Below are positions 61,101-64,000 of a stretch of 64,000 bases of DNA, piece after piece (within the stretch, counting starts at the first letter, position 1; each line of letters begins with the position of its first letter). The stretch comes from Tubiluchus corallicola. Taxonomy: Eukaryota; Animalia; Priapulida. A program made the translations under genes and the position numbers. Under the pieces are notes generated by a model. It saw only the letters and a list, made by a program, of their open reading frames with translations, was not told where the DNA came from and searched no databases. The stretch is taken from positions 248,001 through 312,000 of the forward strand of contig JAQGDQ010002369.1 of NCBI GenBank assembly GCA_030141605.1. Direction: 5' to 3'.

Positions 61101-61500
61101 TTTCTTTCGGGGGTTTTCTTAATTGTTTTTTTGCAGAGAGAATCCTTTTACCTTCGAGCATCTTCTCTTTCTGCTTTCTCGTTCTTCTCTTTTTCTGCCT
61201 TCGGACTTTCTCTCTTGCTTTGATCTTTTCCGTCTTGATCTTTAGGACCCTGGCTTCGATCTTTTCACAAAGTTCTTTGCGGGCTACCCATCGATTGATC
61301 TCTCTCGAGCGTTCCTTCTGACATTTGATCTCGATTCCGGTCGGTATGTGCTTGAGATAGACGCAGCTGTGCGTCTTATGGAGTTTTTGTCCGCCACTGC
61401 CCGAACCCAAAATGAATTTTTCAATGAGATCATCTTCATGGATGCCCAGCTGTTTCATTTTTTTGCGGATGGATGTTGTTTTGTCTTTCGAGATTGCCAT
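61093..61500 (-). CDS. GGQ-containing stand-alone release-factor-like protein (ArfB/C12orf65-like)
   Basis: [27 protein letters not shown], basic C-tail. Confidence 0.85.
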   Translation of the reverse strand: MAISKDKTTSIRKKMKQLGIHEDDLIEKFILGSGSGGQKLHKTHSCVYLKHIPTGIEIKCQKERSREINRWVARKELCEKIEARVLKIKTEKIKAREKVRRQKKRRTRKQKEKMLEGKRILSAKKQLRKPPKENG

Positions 61501-62564
61501 AGTCAGATTGCACCATAAGGCGGATTAATTCTGAGAAACCGGTCTTGGGCTCCCAGCCAAGCTCGGATCGGGCTTTGCTGCTATCTCCGATAAGAAGGTC
61601 TACTTCACTAGGTCTGAAATAACGGGGATCGATTCTCACGACCACTTGGTCTGTCCTTTTATCGATGCCCACTTCATCAACGCCAGTTCCTTCCCATTGG
61701 ATTTCAATACCGACTTCGGCAAAAGCCCTTTCAGCAAATTCCCTAACAGAGTGCATTTCTCCGGTGGCAATTACAAAATCATCGGGATGATCCTGCTGAA
61801 GCATCTTCCACATAATCTTTTGCATATCCCCAGTCCCTTTTGGCTTCTAAGTTTCCCAGGAATAGTTCCTTTTGCAATCCCTGCGCGATCTTAACCGCTG
61901 CCATCGTGATTTTGCGGGTTACAAACGTTTCTCCGCGAAGAGGGGATTCATGATTAAAGAGAATTCCATTACAGGCAAAAATTCCATAGGCCTCCCGATA
62001 ATTGATAACGGTCCAGTATGCATACAACTTGGCAATCCCATAAGGAGAACGAGGATAGAAAGGGGTCTTCTCATCTTGGGGAGTCTTTTGCACCAGTCCA
62101 TATAATTCACTGGTCGATGCCTGGTAATATTTAACTTTGTCTTCCAGATTTAGAATGCGTATGCCTTCCAGAATCCGCAGGGCTCCCAGACCATCTACTT
62201 CAGCAGTATATTCTGGACAGTCGAAAGAAACCCTTACATGGCTTTGAGCACCGAGGTTGTAAATTTCATCTGGTTTGATCTTCTGAATCAGCCGGATGAC
62301 GTTCAATGAATCGGTCAGGTCTCCATAATGGAGAAAGAAGCGAACGCCTTTATTATGGGGATCACGATATAAATGATCGATCCGGGTCGTATTATAGGAA
62401 GAGCTTCTTCTTTTCACACCGTGAACTACATATCCTTTCTCAAGAAGGAGTTCAGCGAGATAGGCCCCATCCTGTCCTGTGATCCCAAAGATGAGCGCCT
62501 TTTTTTCAGCAATAAGAGGGGAGAAACTCAGAGCGAGAACTAGTAAGATTCTTGTGTATACCAT
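61436..62564 (-). pseudogene. gmd: GDP-mannose 4,6-dehydratase, frameshifted near 61805
   Basis: [39 protein letters not shown] / [25 protein letters not shown]. Confidence 0.93.
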
Positions 62565-63526
62565 TGGATTGTTTCCTTAATTCCTTGTTCTAAAGAGATT
62601 TTAGGTTCCCATCCTAAAGCACGAAGTTTATTTGAATTCAGAAGCTTTCTCGGTGTCCCGTCCGGCATGGAAGAATCAAAGATAAGCTCTCCCTGATATC
62701 CAACCGAATTTTGAATAAGCTTTGCGAGATCAGCGATGGACAAATCTTCATTATAGCCGACATTGATGGTCTCATTGTCTTCATAATTTTCCATGAGGAA
62801 CAAAACGGCATCGGCAAGGTCGTCGACATGCAAAAATTCTCTCTTGGGCGCCCCAGACCCCCAGATAGTCACGCTCTCAATGTTCTCTTCCTTTGCTTCG
62901 CAAAATTTTCGGATGAGAGCGGGCATGACATGGGAAGTTTGTAGATCGAATCGATCATGGGGTCCATAGAGATTGGTGGGCATGCACGTGATGAAATTCG
63001 TGCCATGCTGCCTGTTATAGAATTCACACAGCTTGATGCCGGCTATTTTTGCCAGGGCATATCCCTCATTCGTTTTCTCTAATGGTGAACTCAAAAGGTA
63101 TGATTCTTCGATCGGCTGTGGGCAGTCACGGGGATAAATGCAGGAAGATCCAAGAAAAAGAAGCTTTTTCACTCCTGAAAGATAAGCTGAATGGATCACA
63201 TTGCATTCAATGAGGAGGTTGTCATACAAAAATTCCGCCGGAGCATCAGCATTTGCTTTGATCCCTCCAACCTTGGCTGCAGCCAAAAATACATATTCGG
63301 GTTGTTCCTCGCTGAAGAAAGTGCGAACCTCATCCTGCGAGCGGAGATCCAGCTCGTCAAAGGTCCTCGTAATGATATGGAAAAAGCCCTCATCATGTAG
63401 TTTTCTCATGATGGCTTTTCCAACAAGTCCATTGTGTCCCGCAACGTAGATTTTTGCGTCCTTCGGAATTTCTTTGGCGAATAGAAAGAAAGGAAGAAAA
63501 AGAAGAAAAAAGGCAAATGATTTCAT
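62540..63526 (-). CDS. fcl: GDP-L-fucose synthase
   Basis: [44 protein letters not shown]. Confidence 0.95.
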   Translation of the reverse strand: MKSFAFFLLFLPFFLFAKEIPKDAKIYVAGHNGLVGKAIMRKLHDEGFFHIITRTFDELDLRSQDEVRTFFSEEQPEYVFLAAAKVGGIKANADAPAEFLYDNLLIECNVIHSAYLSGVKKLLFLGSSCIYPRDCPQPIEESYLLSSPLEKTNEGYALAKIAGIKLCEFYNRQHGTNFITCMPTNLYGPHDRFDLQTSHVMPALIRKFCEAKEENIESVTIWGSGAPKREFLHVDDLADAVLFLMENYEDNETINVGYNEDLSIADLAKLIQNSVGYQGELIFDSSMPDGTPRKLLNSNKLRALGWEPKISLEQGIKETIQWYTQESY

Positions 63527-63795
63527 ACCGACCCCATTTTGAATGGGGGAGAAGCTTGCCCAAGCAACTGCTTTTATTCAAGAAGATTCAAGACTTCTTC
63601 TCGAATTGTAATGCTTTGGAATTGATGCAATAACTCTTGTGGTCAAGTCCAGGACCATCGTGGCCGAGATGTGATTCACACGTGCTGCAGAGACTTCGGT
63701 CCGTTTTTCTCCGAGACTATTGTCTTTTTTGTATTCGACATTTTCTTCGGAAATGGCCCTGGAATAGCTGGGCCATCCGGAATGAGAATCATACT

Positions 63796-63962
63796 AGAAC
63801 CCATCCCAAAACATATTTCGTCGATTTTCGGAGCCATTTTGGCCAATTTTAAAACGTTACAAGAGGAGTCATATTCCATTGGATATTACCTCTCTTGTAA
63901 CGTTTTAAACTTGGTTCAAAAGAGCCCTAAAATCGACAGATATCTGTTTTGGGATAGGTTCT
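63796..63962. mobile_element. 167-bp near-palindromic MITE-like element
   Basis: arms of about 80 bp; ends AGAACC(C/T)ATCCCAAAAC; perfect 18-bp core TTTAAAACGTTACAAGAG/CTCTTGTAACGTTTTAAA. Confidence 0.65.
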
Positions 63963-64000
63963 TATCTTCTGATCGAAAAAAAAAGATATTTTTTCTTACT

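Overview
Gene-dense bacterial chromosome segment, most consistent with an environmental member of Chlamydiota (Simkania/Parachlamydia-like). This assignment is inferred from gene content: SWIB, SET, MOMP-like barrels, a sterol delta-7 reductase, Inc-like orphans and a tRNA-Thr/Tyr pair. Most genes are housekeeping or transport genes (surE, putP, ttcA, def, msrA, gmd/fcl, MFS/DMT/ABC). More than a dozen genes are broken by 1-bp indels, nonsense codons or short deletions, which may be consensus errors rather than true pseudogenes. Highlights: (1) an unannotated multi-stem, pseudoknotted RNA directly downstream of a glycine-rich RRM protein gene; (2) a chromatin-like toolkit made of a Bd0055-type bacterial histone, an H1/HctB-like repeat fused to SWIB, and a SET protein; (3) Ku paired with an MBL-fold hydrolase, with no ligD in the window; (4) GDP-fucose enzymes and several other normally cytoplasmic enzymes with signal-peptide-like N-termini; (5) a HEPN two-gene module behind the tRNAs; (6) dispersed palindromic/MITE-like repeats and candidate slipped-strand tracts. 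All family calls come from motif recognition by eye; no database search was run.
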